64,000 bases of DNA from positions 352,001 through 416,000 of the forward strand of contig CAVQKE010000001.1 in NCBI GenBank assembly GCA_963713045.1. The letters are read 5' to 3'. The notes beneath the pieces are model-generated. The model was not told the origin of the DNA. It worked only from the letters and a program-made list of their open reading frames with translations, and searched no databases. Position numbers and translations under genes: made by a program. This document shows positions 29,580-38,598 of the stretch, piece after piece (positions within the stretch are counted from its first letter, which is position 1; each line of letters begins with the position of its first letter). Origin of the DNA: an uncultured delta proteobacterium (lineage in GTDB: Bacteria > Myxococcota > Myxococcia > Myxococcales > Myxococcaceae).

Positions 29580-30226
29580 CAGCCCACCTCCCGTTCGCTG
29601 GGCAAATACCCGGCAGCGTTTGCAGGGTAGGGAAAGACTTGGGCGATGTGCCCGGGCTGTTTCCGCACCCGGGCCAGCCACGCCAGCACCGCCGGGTAGC
29701 GTTCCAGCACAAAGCCTGCCTCATGTGCCAGGTGGGTGTAGGCGTAGAGCGAGATGTCGGCAATGCAATAGCTGTCACCGCCGAAGAAGGGCCACTCCGC
29801 CAGGTGCCCCTCCATGGTGGCGAGAACGGCCTCGCCCAGTCGCCGCTTTGGCGCCACCAGGGCCGGGTACCGGGACAGCTTTCCCGTCAGCGTCCAGTGC
29901 CGCAGCGTGGCGATGCTGGGCTGATGGGCCTCCTGCTCGAAAAACATCCACCGCAGGGCTTGGGCCTGCGCCAGGGCCGTCGATGGCCAGTAGGGCGTGC
30001 CTGCGGCCAGGTAGTAGAGAATGGCGTTGGACTCGGGGATGAAGACCCCCGGGCTTGGCTCGAGCACCGGGACGGTGCCGCTCGCATTCATCCGGAGAAA
30101 GTCAGCCGTTGCGGCCTCGCCAGCGAAAATGTCCACCCAACTCGTCTCGTACGCTGTCCCAAGGTGCGAGAGGAGGAGGCGGACTTTGTAGCCATTTTGC
30201 GAGGCGGCATAGTCGTACAGGTGCAT
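29579..30226 (-). CDS. Glutathione S-transferase
   Basis: SQNGYKV, NASGTVPVL, ESNAIL, IADISLYAY; TGATG overlap with ada. Confidence 0.92.
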   Translation of the reverse strand: MHLYDYAASQNGYKVRLLLSHLGTAYETSWVDIFAGEAATADFLRMNASGTVPVLEPSPGVFIPESNAILYYLAAGTPYWPSTALAQAQALRWMFFEQEAHQPSIATLRHWTLTGKLSRYPALVAPKRRLGEAVLATMEGHLAEWPFFGGDSYCIADISLYAYTHLAHEAGFVLERYPAVLAWLARVRKQPGHIAQVFPYPANAAGYLPSEREVG

Positions 30227-30733
30227 GGGCTTGTCTCCAAGTGGGAAGGCCACTTCCTTAAAGGCGTGGCGGACAGGCGAGAGTTGTCCAGCCGCGGCCT
30301 TCGGTGCCCCCCGCTTGTTGCCTTCGAAGTCCCGTTCCCCAGCCAGCCGGCCCCGCGGCAGAAGAGGGGCGCTTCCGCCCCGGGTCGCAGAGGCTTCCCC
30401 CCTGCGGTGCCTGGCCCAGGGGCAGCGAAATTCTTCAAGACTTTTCAGCGACTTGGCCGCACCGCCCCATCCCGTAACTGGCGACACCCGCTTGGCGCCC
30501 CAGCGCCTGGCCGCTGCACGCGTCAGCAGCAATGCTTAGCCTTCTTCAGAGCTGGCCGCGGTTCCCCCCACCGAAGGCCAGTCGCCGCGTGAACCGCCGC
30601 TCCCTCTTTGAGGGAGCGCGCGGTCCGCGGGTTTCGCCCGAGGGCCCTTTTAAACTCCCGGGCTGCGCCACAGCTTGGCCCCGGGGCCCATGCCGGGTTG
30701 CACCCGGCGCGCCAGCGCCGCGGAAGGCGGGGC

Positions 30734-31858
30734 TTACCGCGCTGAACAGGACGGGGAAGGGGGGCCTTTGGCGGTTCGCACAGCGCAGAAGCCGCTGACG
30801 CTTCCAGCCACCGCCGCGGCCAGCCACAGCCCTTTGGCAAAACGGCGAAGTCCGCGTTTGGGGGTGCGTGGCACCAGCGGTGCGTCACCCAGGACGGCGA
30901 GGACGTCCTCGACGTGCGAGAAGCGGCGCGACGGGTCCAGTTGCAGGCAGCGGAGAATGGCCGCGTCCCAGCGAGCGCTGAGTCCAGGACGGCGCCGGGA
31001 GGGCGCTTCCGGAGCCTGCTCCAGCCGTTTCAGCGCGGACTCCATGGGGCTGTCCCCGACGAAGGGAAACGTGCCCGTCGCCATCTCGTACAGGACGATG
31101 CCAAGCGCGTAGACGTCGGTGGCTGGAGTGACGGGCGCACCCCGCACCTGTTCCGGCGCCATGTACAGCGGACTGCCCACCATCCCGCGGGGTGCCGGCC
31201 CTTCGCGGGCCTCGCCCGGCCGGATGCCGCAGGCCAGGCCAAAGTCCGTGACCACCACGCGCCGGGTGCCATCCGAAGCCCGCACCAGCATGACGTTGCT
31301 GCTCTTAAAGTCCCGGTGCACCACCCCTTCGCGGTGGGCGGCCGAGAGGGCAGCCACCATTTGCCGGACGAGAGGCAGCGCCTCGTCTCCCACTTTCCCT
31401 TCGCGCGCCAAGTACTCGCTCAGGGTGGGACCCTCGAGGAGCTCCATGGTGAGAAACACCAACGGGCACGGGCTGTCGTCCGGGGAGATGAAGAATTCAA
31501 AGAGGCGACAGACGTTGGGATGGGTGACGCGCCGGGCGAGCAACACCTCCCGGCGGAACTGCGCCAGTGCGGAGGCGTGGCAAAGCGCCGAGGCCCGCAG
31601 CGTCTTCAACGCCACCCGCGTGCCGAGCGCGCTGTCCTGGACGTCATACACCTCGCCCATCCCGCCGCGGGCCAACAGCTGCTGCACCCGGAAACGTCTG
31701 AGGAGGATGTCCCCGGGCCGAAACCGCTCAATCGACGTCTCGGCATGCTGTCGAAGGCGCGGCTCGGACCGTAGCGTCTGAGTTTCCGCCCCTAAGCGTC
31801 CAGCGCCGCTGGCGCCCGCGTCGGCAACGGGTCCGGGAAGGCAAGGTGGAGGTTGCAT
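30734..31858 (-). CDS. Hanks-type Ser/Thr protein kinase
   Basis: RGGMGEVY, VALK, HRDFKSSN, DFGLA, YMAPE, DVYALG; short C-terminal hydrophobic tail. Confidence 0.93.
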   Translation of the reverse strand: MQPPPCLPGPVADAGASGAGRLGAETQTLRSEPRLRQHAETSIERFRPGDILLRRFRVQQLLARGGMGEVYDVQDSALGTRVALKTLRASALCHASALAQFRREVLLARRVTHPNVCRLFEFFISPDDSPCPLVFLTMELLEGPTLSEYLAREGKVGDEALPLVRQMVAALSAAHREGVVHRDFKSSNVMLVRASDGTRRVVVTDFGLACGIRPGEAREGPAPRGMVGSPLYMAPEQVRGAPVTPATDVYALGIVLYEMATGTFPFVGDSPMESALKRLEQAPEAPSRRRPGLSARWDAAILRCLQLDPSRRFSHVEDVLAVLGDAPLVPRTPKRGLRRFAKGLWLAAAVAGSVSGFCAVRTAKGPPSPSCSAR

Positions 31859-32028
31859 ACAATTTCAGGGGCAGCGTCCTGGAGATTGCGGATTGCCCGA
31901 TTCATCACAGGGCGACGGGGCGGACGCCGACACCACGGGCGCACCGGGGCCCCCGGGCGTTTCCAGGCGGGGGCTGGTCGCCGTTGGAATGGGAGGGCGT
32001 GCGGCGCCTCTGACATCGGGGGTAGTGT

Positions 32029-33429
32029 ATGCGTGCCATGCCACGCCCGGACGAACGGCCAGCGGACGAAACGGACACCGAGCCGGCCAATGTGACGCCG
32101 GTCAACCGGACGCCGACGGTGGGGTTGGACCGTCCGGTTGCAGCCGTCTCCAGCGTCCGGCGCTTCCGCCTGCGCATTGTCGACGGGGGCGAGGTGGGCA
32201 ACGTCTTTGAGTCCAACGGGGACCGGGTCCAGCTCGGCAGCCATCCGCTGAATGACTTGCTCCTCGATGAGCGCACCGTCTCGCGCTTCCACTGCGAGAT
32301 TTTCGTCGATGACAAGGGCAACCCTTGGGTGACGGACTTGGGCAGCCGCAATGGCACGGTGGTGGACGGCGTCCAGGTGAAGGAGGCCGCGCTTCGCAGC
32401 GGGAGCCTGTTGCAGCTGGGCCGTGTCTCGCTGCGCTTCGAGCTCTCGGGCGAAAAAAACCGCATCCCGGTCTCCGAGCAGAAGAGTTTTGGCTCGCTGG
32501 TCGGAACCTCCATCGCCGCACGATCGAGCTTCGCGATGATGGAGCGCGCCGCCGCCTCAGACTCGACGGTGCTGCTGGAAGGGGAGACGGGCACAGGAAA
32601 GAGCCAGGCCGCCGAATCCATCCACCGGCTGAGCGCCCGGCGCAGCCATCCCTTTCTGGTGGTGGACTGCGGGGCCATTCTCGGCAGCCTGCTCGAGTCC
32701 GAGCTTTTCGGCCATGAGAAGGGCGCCTTCACCGGGGCCGACACTCGCCGGGTGGGCGTCTTTGAAGAGGCCCGCGGTGGGACTGTTTTTCTCGACGAGA
32801 TTGGTGAGCTGCCGACGGAGCTTCAACCGAAGCTGTTGCGCGTCCTCGAAGCTAAGGAAATCCGTCGACTGGGGACCAACGCCTACCTCCCCGTCGACGT
32901 GCGCGTCATCGCCGCGACCAACCGGGACCTGCGTGCCCAAGTGAACGCCGGCCGCTTCCGACCGGACCTCTACTTTCGGCTGGCAGTCGTCAAAATCACC
33001 GTCCCGCCACTGCGCCAACGCTCCGAGGACATTCCCGCCATTGTGGAGAAAATGCTCGTCGCCCTTGGGGTCGACCCCCGGGTCCGCGAGTCTCTCAAGG
33101 ACCCGATTTTCATCGCCCAACTGCAGCGCGCTGCGTGGCCTGGCAATATGCGCGAGCTGCGCAACCATCTCGAGCGGTGCCTGGTGATGCAGGAAACCCT
33201 CGAGCCCGGGCTCGAGCCGGAAGGCGCCCTCACCGAGTCCCCCGTTGCAGTGGACCCCCGGGTGCCGTACCCAGAGGCCCGACGCCGCGCTCTGGAAGCC
33301 TTTGAACGGGCTTACGTGAAGGCCTTGTTGGAGCTGCACAAGGGCAAGGTGGCCCAGGCTGCCGAATCGGCCGACATTGACCGCGTGCACCTGTACCGCC
33401 TCATCAAGCGCCACCACGTCAAGGACTGA
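32029..33429 (+). CDS. FHA-domain sigma54-dependent activator (FHA-AAA-Fis HTH)
   Basis: VSRFHC and DLGSRNGT (FHA); GETGTGKS, ESELFGHEKGAFTGA, FLDEIGE, WPGNMREL. Start may be ATG 32038. Confidence 0.95.
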   Translation: MRAMPRPDERPADETDTEPANVTPVNRTPTVGLDRPVAAVSSVRRFRLRIVDGGEVGNVFESNGDRVQLGSHPLNDLLLDERTVSRFHCEIFVDDKGNPWVTDLGSRNGTVVDGVQVKEAALRSGSLLQLGRVSLRFELSGEKNRIPVSEQKSFGSLVGTSIAARSSFAMMERAAASDSTVLLEGETGTGKSQAAESIHRLSARRSHPFLVVDCGAILGSLLESELFGHEKGAFTGADTRRVGVFEEARGGTVFLDEIGELPTELQPKLLRVLEAKEIRRLGTNAYLPVDVRVIAATNRDLRAQVNAGRFRPDLYFRLAVVKITVPPLRQRSEDIPAIVEKMLVALGVDPRVRESLKDPIFIAQLQRAAWPGNMRELRNHLERCLVMQETLEPGLEPEGALTESPVAVDPRVPYPEARRRALEAFERAYVKALLELHKGKVAQAAESADIDRVHLYRLIKRHHVKD

Positions 33430-33546
33430 GGGCCACGCCTCTGGCGGTTGCCGTTGGCGCCACAACCCCGGTGCGTTGTTGCGTGCGCGGCTACGAAGCG
33501 TCGGTGACAGGCATGTCAACTCGGCGTTCTTCCTGTCCCTTTTGAA

Positions 33547-33562
33547 TGGCACCTCCGCTGCA
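33547..33562 (+). promoter_or_regulatory. sigma54 -24/-12 promoter
   Basis: TGGCAC-CTCCG-CTGCA with exact GG-N10-GC spacing, 60 bp upstream of a small ORF. Confidence 0.7.
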
Positions 33563-33622
33563 ATGACGCCCCAGCGTAGGCCGGCAACACCGCCGACGCT
33601 TTTTCACCCCCAGGAGAAGGCC

Positions 33623-33796
33623 ATGCATGCTCCCCAGCAGGATTCGGCACCCCTCTTCAACACCGTCCGCCGCAACCGCGGCCGGGAAGTGGCCGTCACC
33701 GGCGCGCTCCTCATCGCCGCCTACCTGGGTGTGGCGACGGTCCTCATCGACAACTACCAGCGGCCCGACGTCCCGGTGGCCGCGGCTCGCGTTTAA
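33623..33796 (+). CDS. 57-aa single-TM small protein
   Basis: AGGAG RBS at 33612-33616; TM segment VAVTGALLIAAYLGVATVLI; GC3-rich codons. Confidence 0.65.
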   Translation: MHAPQQDSAPLFNTVRRNRGREVAVTGALLIAAYLGVATVLIDNYQRPDVPVAAARV

Positions 33797-33878
33797 GGTT
33801 TGGGCCTTTGGTGCCGGGCCACGGCTGACCTTCCCCGTTGGCCGGAGGGGAAGGCGGCGGGCGGTACCTCATCGAGTT

Positions 33879-33966
33879 GGACCCCGGGTCGGCTGAAATG
33901 GGGGGGACCCATGCTGTGGGGCAAGCCGAACCCTTCCCCACGGGAAAGCGTCCCGACCCGGGGTCC
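33879..33966. other. Structured intergenic element (14-bp terminal inverted repeat with inner hairpin)
   Basis: GGACCCCGGGTCGG (33879-33892) pairs perfectly with CCGACCCGGGGTCC (33953-33966); inner GTGGGG/CCCCAC stem. Confidence 0.6.
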
Positions 33967-34000
33967 CTTTGTTGGCGGCCAGCCAAGCCCACCGGCGGCA

Positions 34001-35554
34001 CTAGACGACGGAGGCTGCGACGTCGGCGGACCGCAGCCGGGCAATGCCGTAAATTGTCTCCTGTGGGTTGACGCCCAGGGACGTCGGAAACACCGAGCCG
34101 TCCACCACGAAGAGGTTGTCGAGCTGGTGGTAGCGCAGCGAGCTATCCACCACGGAGTGCTGGGGGTCCTTCCCCATGCAGCAGCCCCCCATTTGGTGTG
34201 CCGTCGCCACGCGGACGCTTCCTGGCTCCCACGGCGCGTCTGCCAGTCGGCGGGCGATGTCGTCCCCGGGCCGGAGGCGCACCGGCGAAGCATGCAGAGA
34301 CCAGACTTCCTGGGCCCCGCCGGCGAACTGCACCCGGGCCATCACTTCGCACGCGTCCCGAAAGGCCTCCCAGTGCCAGGGGCGAATCGGGTAGTCGATG
34401 TGGACGCGGCGCTCCTTCGGGTTGCCGAGGCGCACCGTGCCCCCGACGTCTCCCGGGAGGAAGCCGTCCACCGTCAGGGCGATGACGATTTGGGTGTGGG
34501 GCAGCCGCTCCATCAAGCGTTGGTGGGGCTGACCGAAGCCGGGGAGGACGGTCGCGGCAATCATCGGGTACAGCGGTGGGACTTCCAAAAAATACCCCAT
34601 TCGCCCGGGGCCGCGGTCGATGAAGTGGTGGGAGTAGGCACTCTGCGGCGCGCCTCCCCAGGCCTCCACCGGGTGCTCCATTTGGGCAGCCATGATGACC
34701 ACCGGGTGCAGAAACAGGCGCTGCCCGACGTTGCCCCGGCCGGTGAGGCCGGAGCGCAACAGAAGGGCCGGGGAGTTGATGGCGCCGCCGCACACCGCCA
34801 CCGTCTTCGCCCGCACCGTCAGCGTCACGCCTGTGGGCCGGTCGGTGGAGCCGTCGAGGACCTGCGCCTCGACGCCTCGCACCTTCCGTCCTTCGACCAG
34901 GAGTCGGCGTGCCGAGGCGTTGGCATAGACGTCCATCCCCCGCTCGACCGCGTCCGGAATCAGCGTCACCAGCATGGACTGTTTGGCGTCGATGGGGCAG
35001 CCCAGCCCGCACTTGCCGAGGTCGGCGCAATTGTGGACGTTGCGCCGGATGAGTCCTCGGCTGAAGCCCAGCTTGCCGCAGCCTTCCCAGAGGACTTGGT
35101 TGTTGCGATTCATCGCTTCGAGGGGCCACTCGCGGATGTGCAAGCGCCGCTCGATGGCTTCCCAGTGTGGGGTGAGCGCGGCCTCGGTGTAGCCCTCCAC
35201 CCCAAATTCGGATGCCCATCGGTCCAGGACCCTGGCTGGCGTCCTGAAGCAGGTGCACCAATTCACGGTGGTGCCCCCGCCGACGCTGCGTCCTTGAAGG
35301 ATGAGGACGCTCTGGTCGTCGGTCGCTCGGTTCCCCATCTCCTGGTACAGGGCTGGATAGGCCCAGGACTCCCGCATGTTGAATTCGGAGCGCGTGTGGT
35401 AGCCGCCTTCCTCCAGCATCACCACCTGCAGGCCCTTGGACACCAGTTGCTCGCCGAGCACCCCAGCCCCCGCTCCGGAGCCGACGACGCACACGTCACA
35501 GGAGACTTCGGTGTCCCGGGTGACGTCCTTGCCGGTGCGGATGCGTCCGCTCAA
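34001..35554 (-). CDS. GMC family oxidoreductase (long-chain alcohol oxidase-like)
   Basis: VGSGAGA FAD site, GGGTTVN, C..CGLGC, AHQMGGC, GVNP; TTG start overlapping upstream stop. Confidence 0.9.
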   Translation of the reverse strand: MSGRIRTGKDVTRDTEVSCDVCVVGSGAGAGVLGEQLVSKGLQVVMLEEGGYHTRSEFNMRESWAYPALYQEMGNRATDDQSVLILQGRSVGGGTTVNWCTCFRTPARVLDRWASEFGVEGYTEAALTPHWEAIERRLHIREWPLEAMNRNNQVLWEGCGKLGFSRGLIRRNVHNCADLGKCGLGCPIDAKQSMLVTLIPDAVERGMDVYANASARRLLVEGRKVRGVEAQVLDGSTDRPTGVTLTVRAKTVAVCGGAINSPALLLRSGLTGRGNVGQRLFLHPVVIMAAQMEHPVEAWGGAPQSAYSHHFIDRGPGRMGYFLEVPPLYPMIAATVLPGFGQPHQRLMERLPHTQIVIALTVDGFLPGDVGGTVRLGNPKERRVHIDYPIRPWHWEAFRDACEVMARVQFAGGAQEVWSLHASPVRLRPGDDIARRLADAPWEPGSVRVATAHQMGGCCMGKDPQHSVVDSSLRYHQLDNLFVVDGSVFPTSLGVNPQETIYGIARLRSADVAASVV

Positions 35555-36177
35555 CGTGCGGCCTCGGGGTGGAACACGCCGTTGCCCTCTGGCCGGGGCA
35601 CTCCGCCGCCGAACCACACGGGAGCATCGGGCTCGAAGAAGCCCTCATCTGGCCCCGGGTAGCCGATGGGCTTCCAGGTCAGGGGCGACTGAAAGTAGCC
35701 CGCCAGCACCAGCGTGCGCAGGGCGTTGTAGCCGGTGCGGCGGATGGCGAGGCGGCTGTCCCGCCACTGCTGCAGCAGACGGTCCTGCTCGGCTGCGTCG
35801 AGCGCGGTGAAGGGCTGGGTGTTCCCGTCGAAGAGGAAGCCGGAAAGTGCGTTGTCGAAGAGGGCGAGCAGCTGTTTGAGCTCGGCCTGCGCTGAGCTCT
35901 CAATCCGTTCCGCAATGCGGTCCACCGCCTGGGCCACTCCCACCTGCTCCACGCTGGGCCAACCGGGCAGCGTCCCAACCAGGCGGTGGGCGAGCGCGTC
36001 GAGGACGCCATACTCGCGCTCGGAGAAGACGCGCAGGCCACCCGGCGGCAGCGGCACGCGTTTGCCTGGCCGGAAGGCCAGTACGCCGGCCCCGCCCACC
36101 AGCAACAAGGCACTCCCCCACAGCCCCCGTTTGAGGAGCGAACGGCGGCCAGGCGAGGGCGGAACCTTGGAGAGCAT
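35551..36177 (-). CDS. Gluconate 2-dehydrogenase subunit 3-like Tat-exported partner
   Basis: GRRSLLK twin-arginine signal; FTALD..Q..L..W, GYF..WKPIGYPGP. Confidence 0.75.
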   Translation of the reverse strand: MLSKVPPSPGRRSLLKRGLWGSALLLVGGAGVLAFRPGKRVPLPPGGLRVFSEREYGVLDALAHRLVGTLPGWPSVEQVGVAQAVDRIAERIESSAQAELKQLLALFDNALSGFLFDGNTQPFTALDAAEQDRLLQQWRDSRLAIRRTGYNALRTLVLAGYFQSPLTWKPIGYPGPDEGFFEPDAPVWFGGGVPRPEGNGVFHPEAAR

Positions 36178-36316
36178 CCTTGGGAAATTCTATGCCCCTC
36201 GCCATCGCCCCGTCACCGGAAAGCACAAGAGGCTTCTTCCCCCTTTTTGGCAAGGGCCAAGCGTGGGCCGTCACCTTTGGACGGCCCACTGGCTTTCTGC
36301 CTAGATGCACTCCGCC

Positions 36317-37546
36317 ATGCCCAAAACGCTCGCGATGATTCTCGCCGGCGGCGCCGGCACCCGGCTCGAGCCCCTGACGCGCGAGCGCGCCAAGCCGGCG
36401 GTCCCCTTCGGCGGCCGCTACCGCATCATCGACTTCGTCCTGTCCAATTTCGCCAACTCCGGCATCTACAAAGTGAAGGTTTTGACTCAGTACAAGTCCG
36501 ACTCGCTGAATAAACACCTGTCACGGACTTGGCGAATGACGGCCTTCCTCGGCCATTACGTGGAGGCAGTCCCGGCCCAAATGCGCACTGGCCTGGACTG
36601 GTACAAGGGGAACGCCGACGCCATTTACCAAAACCTCAATCTCATCTCCGACGAAGAGCCGGACCAGGTCTTCGTCTTCGGCGCGGACCACATCTACCGG
36701 ATGGATGTGCGGCAGATGCTCGACTTTCACCTCGAGAACCGCGCGGACTGCACCGTGGCGGCCATCCCGGTACCGATTGAACAGGGCCCGGAGTTTGGCA
36801 TCATCGACGTTGGGCCCAACGGGGAGATGCGCGGCTTTCTGGAGAAGCCGAAAGTCCCTCCGCCGATGCCCGGCAACCCGGCGATGTGCCTCGCCTCCAT
36901 GGGGAATTACCTCTTCGCCACCGAGACCCTGGTCAGGGAGATTGTGCGCGACGCGGCCCGGGAGACCAGCGCCCACGACTTCGGAAAATCCATCCTCGGC
37001 GAGCTTCACCGACACGCCCGGGTCTTCGTCTACGACTTCGCCAAGAATGAAGTCCCCGGCATGGAGCCCAAAGAAAGGGGCTATTGGCGCGATGTGGGCG
37101 ACATCGATAGCTACTACCAGGCCAACATGGACCTGGTGGACGTGGACCCGGTCTTCAATCTTTACAACTTCCGCTGGCCGCTGTTCACCCAGCCGCAGAC
37201 ATTCCCTCCGGCAAAATTCGTCTTTGCCGACCGGACCAGCGGACGCGTCGGGTATGCGACCGACAGCTTGGTTTCCGAGGGCTGCATCGTCTCCGGCGGT
37301 CATGTCGACCGCTCGGTGCTGTCGCCGCGGGTCCGGGTCAATTCCTATTCCACCGTCGAGCAATGCATTCTTTTCGAGAACGTCCAAGTCGGCCGCCGCA
37401 GCAAAATCAAAAAGGCCATCATCGACAAAAATGTGGAGATTCCCGTCGGGACCACCATTGGCTTCGAGCCGGAGGAGGACCGCCGGCGCTTCCACGTCAC
37501 CCTGCAGGGCGTGGTGGTCATTCCGAAGGGGATGAAAGTCGGTTGA
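36317..37546 (+). CDS. glgC: Glucose-1-phosphate adenylyltransferase
   Basis: [42 protein letters not shown]. Confidence 0.97.
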   Translation: MPKTLAMILAGGAGTRLEPLTRERAKPAVPFGGRYRIIDFVLSNFANSGIYKVKVLTQYKSDSLNKHLSRTWRMTAFLGHYVEAVPAQMRTGLDWYKGNADAIYQNLNLISDEEPDQVFVFGADHIYRMDVRQMLDFHLENRADCTVAAIPVPIEQGPEFGIIDVGPNGEMRGFLEKPKVPPPMPGNPAMCLASMGNYLFATETLVREIVRDAARETSAHDFGKSILGELHRHARVFVYDFAKNEVPGMEPKERGYWRDVGDIDSYYQANMDLVDVDPVFNLYNFRWPLFTQPQTFPPAKFVFADRTSGRVGYATDSLVSEGCIVSGGHVDRSVLSPRVRVNSYSTVEQCILFENVQVGRRSKIKKAIIDKNVEIPVGTTIGFEPEEDRRRFHVTLQGVVVIPKGMKVG

Positions 37547-38598
37547 GGCGCGGACGCGCCTGGCCGCTGCTGCTGCTGCTGTGCCTCGGGTGCAGCTCGC
37601 CTCTGGAAAAAGTCTTCAGCGTCTCGGGGGATGCACCGAGCCGGTCGGGCCTGGCGCCGCTCGGCGACGGAGCGGTGTTTGGCAATGAGGCCGGTCGAGT
37701 CCTTCGGCTTGGGCCCACCGGGGCGGTCCTGTGGACGGCGGAGCTGGCCCATGAAGTCCGGCAGACGCCGGCCGTGGTGGGGGACACGGTGGTGGTGGCC
37801 ACTGTGGCGGGGGACTTGGTGGGCCTTGACGCGGCCACCGGAAGCAGGCGCTGGCGAACTGAAGTGCCGCGACCCGGGGCGGCGCTGGTCGCGCTGGCCG
37901 GGCGCGTCCACCTCCTCTCCGAGGAGGGGGAGTTGTTGGCCGTCGAGGCGGCCACCGGCGGGCTGGTGTGGCGGACCGCGCTGGGCAGCGCCCTCGGCCT
38001 ACGCCCCGGCGCCGCGGGCCGCCTCGCCTTGGCGACGGACATGAAGGACTGGCTGGTGGTGGCCGGACCAGCAGCGGTGCTGATGGTGGGTGCCAGCGGC
38101 GGCCGGCGCTGGCGCGCTGTGGTGCACGAGCCAACCGGACTCCTCGTCTGGCAGGAACGGGTGTGGACGGTCGAGGAGACCGGGCGCGTCGTGGCGCTCG
38201 ACTTGGAAACGGGGGAGGTGGCGTGGCAACGCGCGCTGGGGGCGGCGCCGGCGTCCCCGCCGGCCGGCGCGCTCGACCGGATTTGGGTCGGCCTTCAAAA
38301 CCAGACGCTGGTCGGCTTCCGTCTGTACGACGAAGGCCCGTTGTGGACGGCGCACGTGTCGGGACCAGTCACCGCCCCGGTGGTTGAATTCCAGGGGCGT
38401 CTCCTGGCGTCCACCAGCGGGCGAGAGGGACGTCTTTTGGCGTTGGACGTCAGCGCCCCGGGCAACCCGCCCTCGGCCCAGCTGGACAGCCCACTGCGCA
38501 CATCGCCCCTGGTGCGCGGCGCGACGGCCTGGGTGCTGGCCCAGGACGGCCGGGTGGTGGGCTTTCGCCTCAGGTCGGTTGCAGGAAGCGCGCGATGA
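37543..38598 (+). CDS. PQQ-like beta-propeller lipoprotein (BamB-like)
   Basis: LLLLLCLGC lipobox; repeated LD..TG...W blades; TTGA overlap with glgC. Confidence 0.8.
   Translation: MRRGRAWPLLLLLCLGCSSPLEKVFSVSGDAPSRSGLAPLGDGAVFGNEAGRVLRLGPTGAVLWTAELAHEVRQTPAVVGDTVVVATVAGDLVGLDAATGSRRWRTEVPRPGAALVALAGRVHLLSEEGELLAVEAATGGLVWRTALGSALGLRPGAAGRLALATDMKDWLVVAGPAAVLMVGASGGRRWRAVVHEPTGLLVWQERVWTVEETGRVVALDLETGEVAWQRALGAAPASPPAGALDRIWVGLQNQTLVGFRLYDEGPLWTAHVSGPVTAPVVEFQGRLLASTSGREGRLLALDVSAPGNPPSAQLDSPLRTSPLVRGATAWVLAQDGRVVGFRLRSVAGSAR

Noticed and set aside
33430..34000. Pxr sRNA downstream of a sigma54 activator
   Set aside because: The activator is FHA-type, the promoter precedes a coding ORF, and I could not match a Pxr sequence.
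33800..35662. 620-aa plus-strand ORF (likewise 56043-57977 and 27691-29430)
   Set aside because: Shadows of the GMC, gatB and ada/GT genes, with no recognisable motifs.
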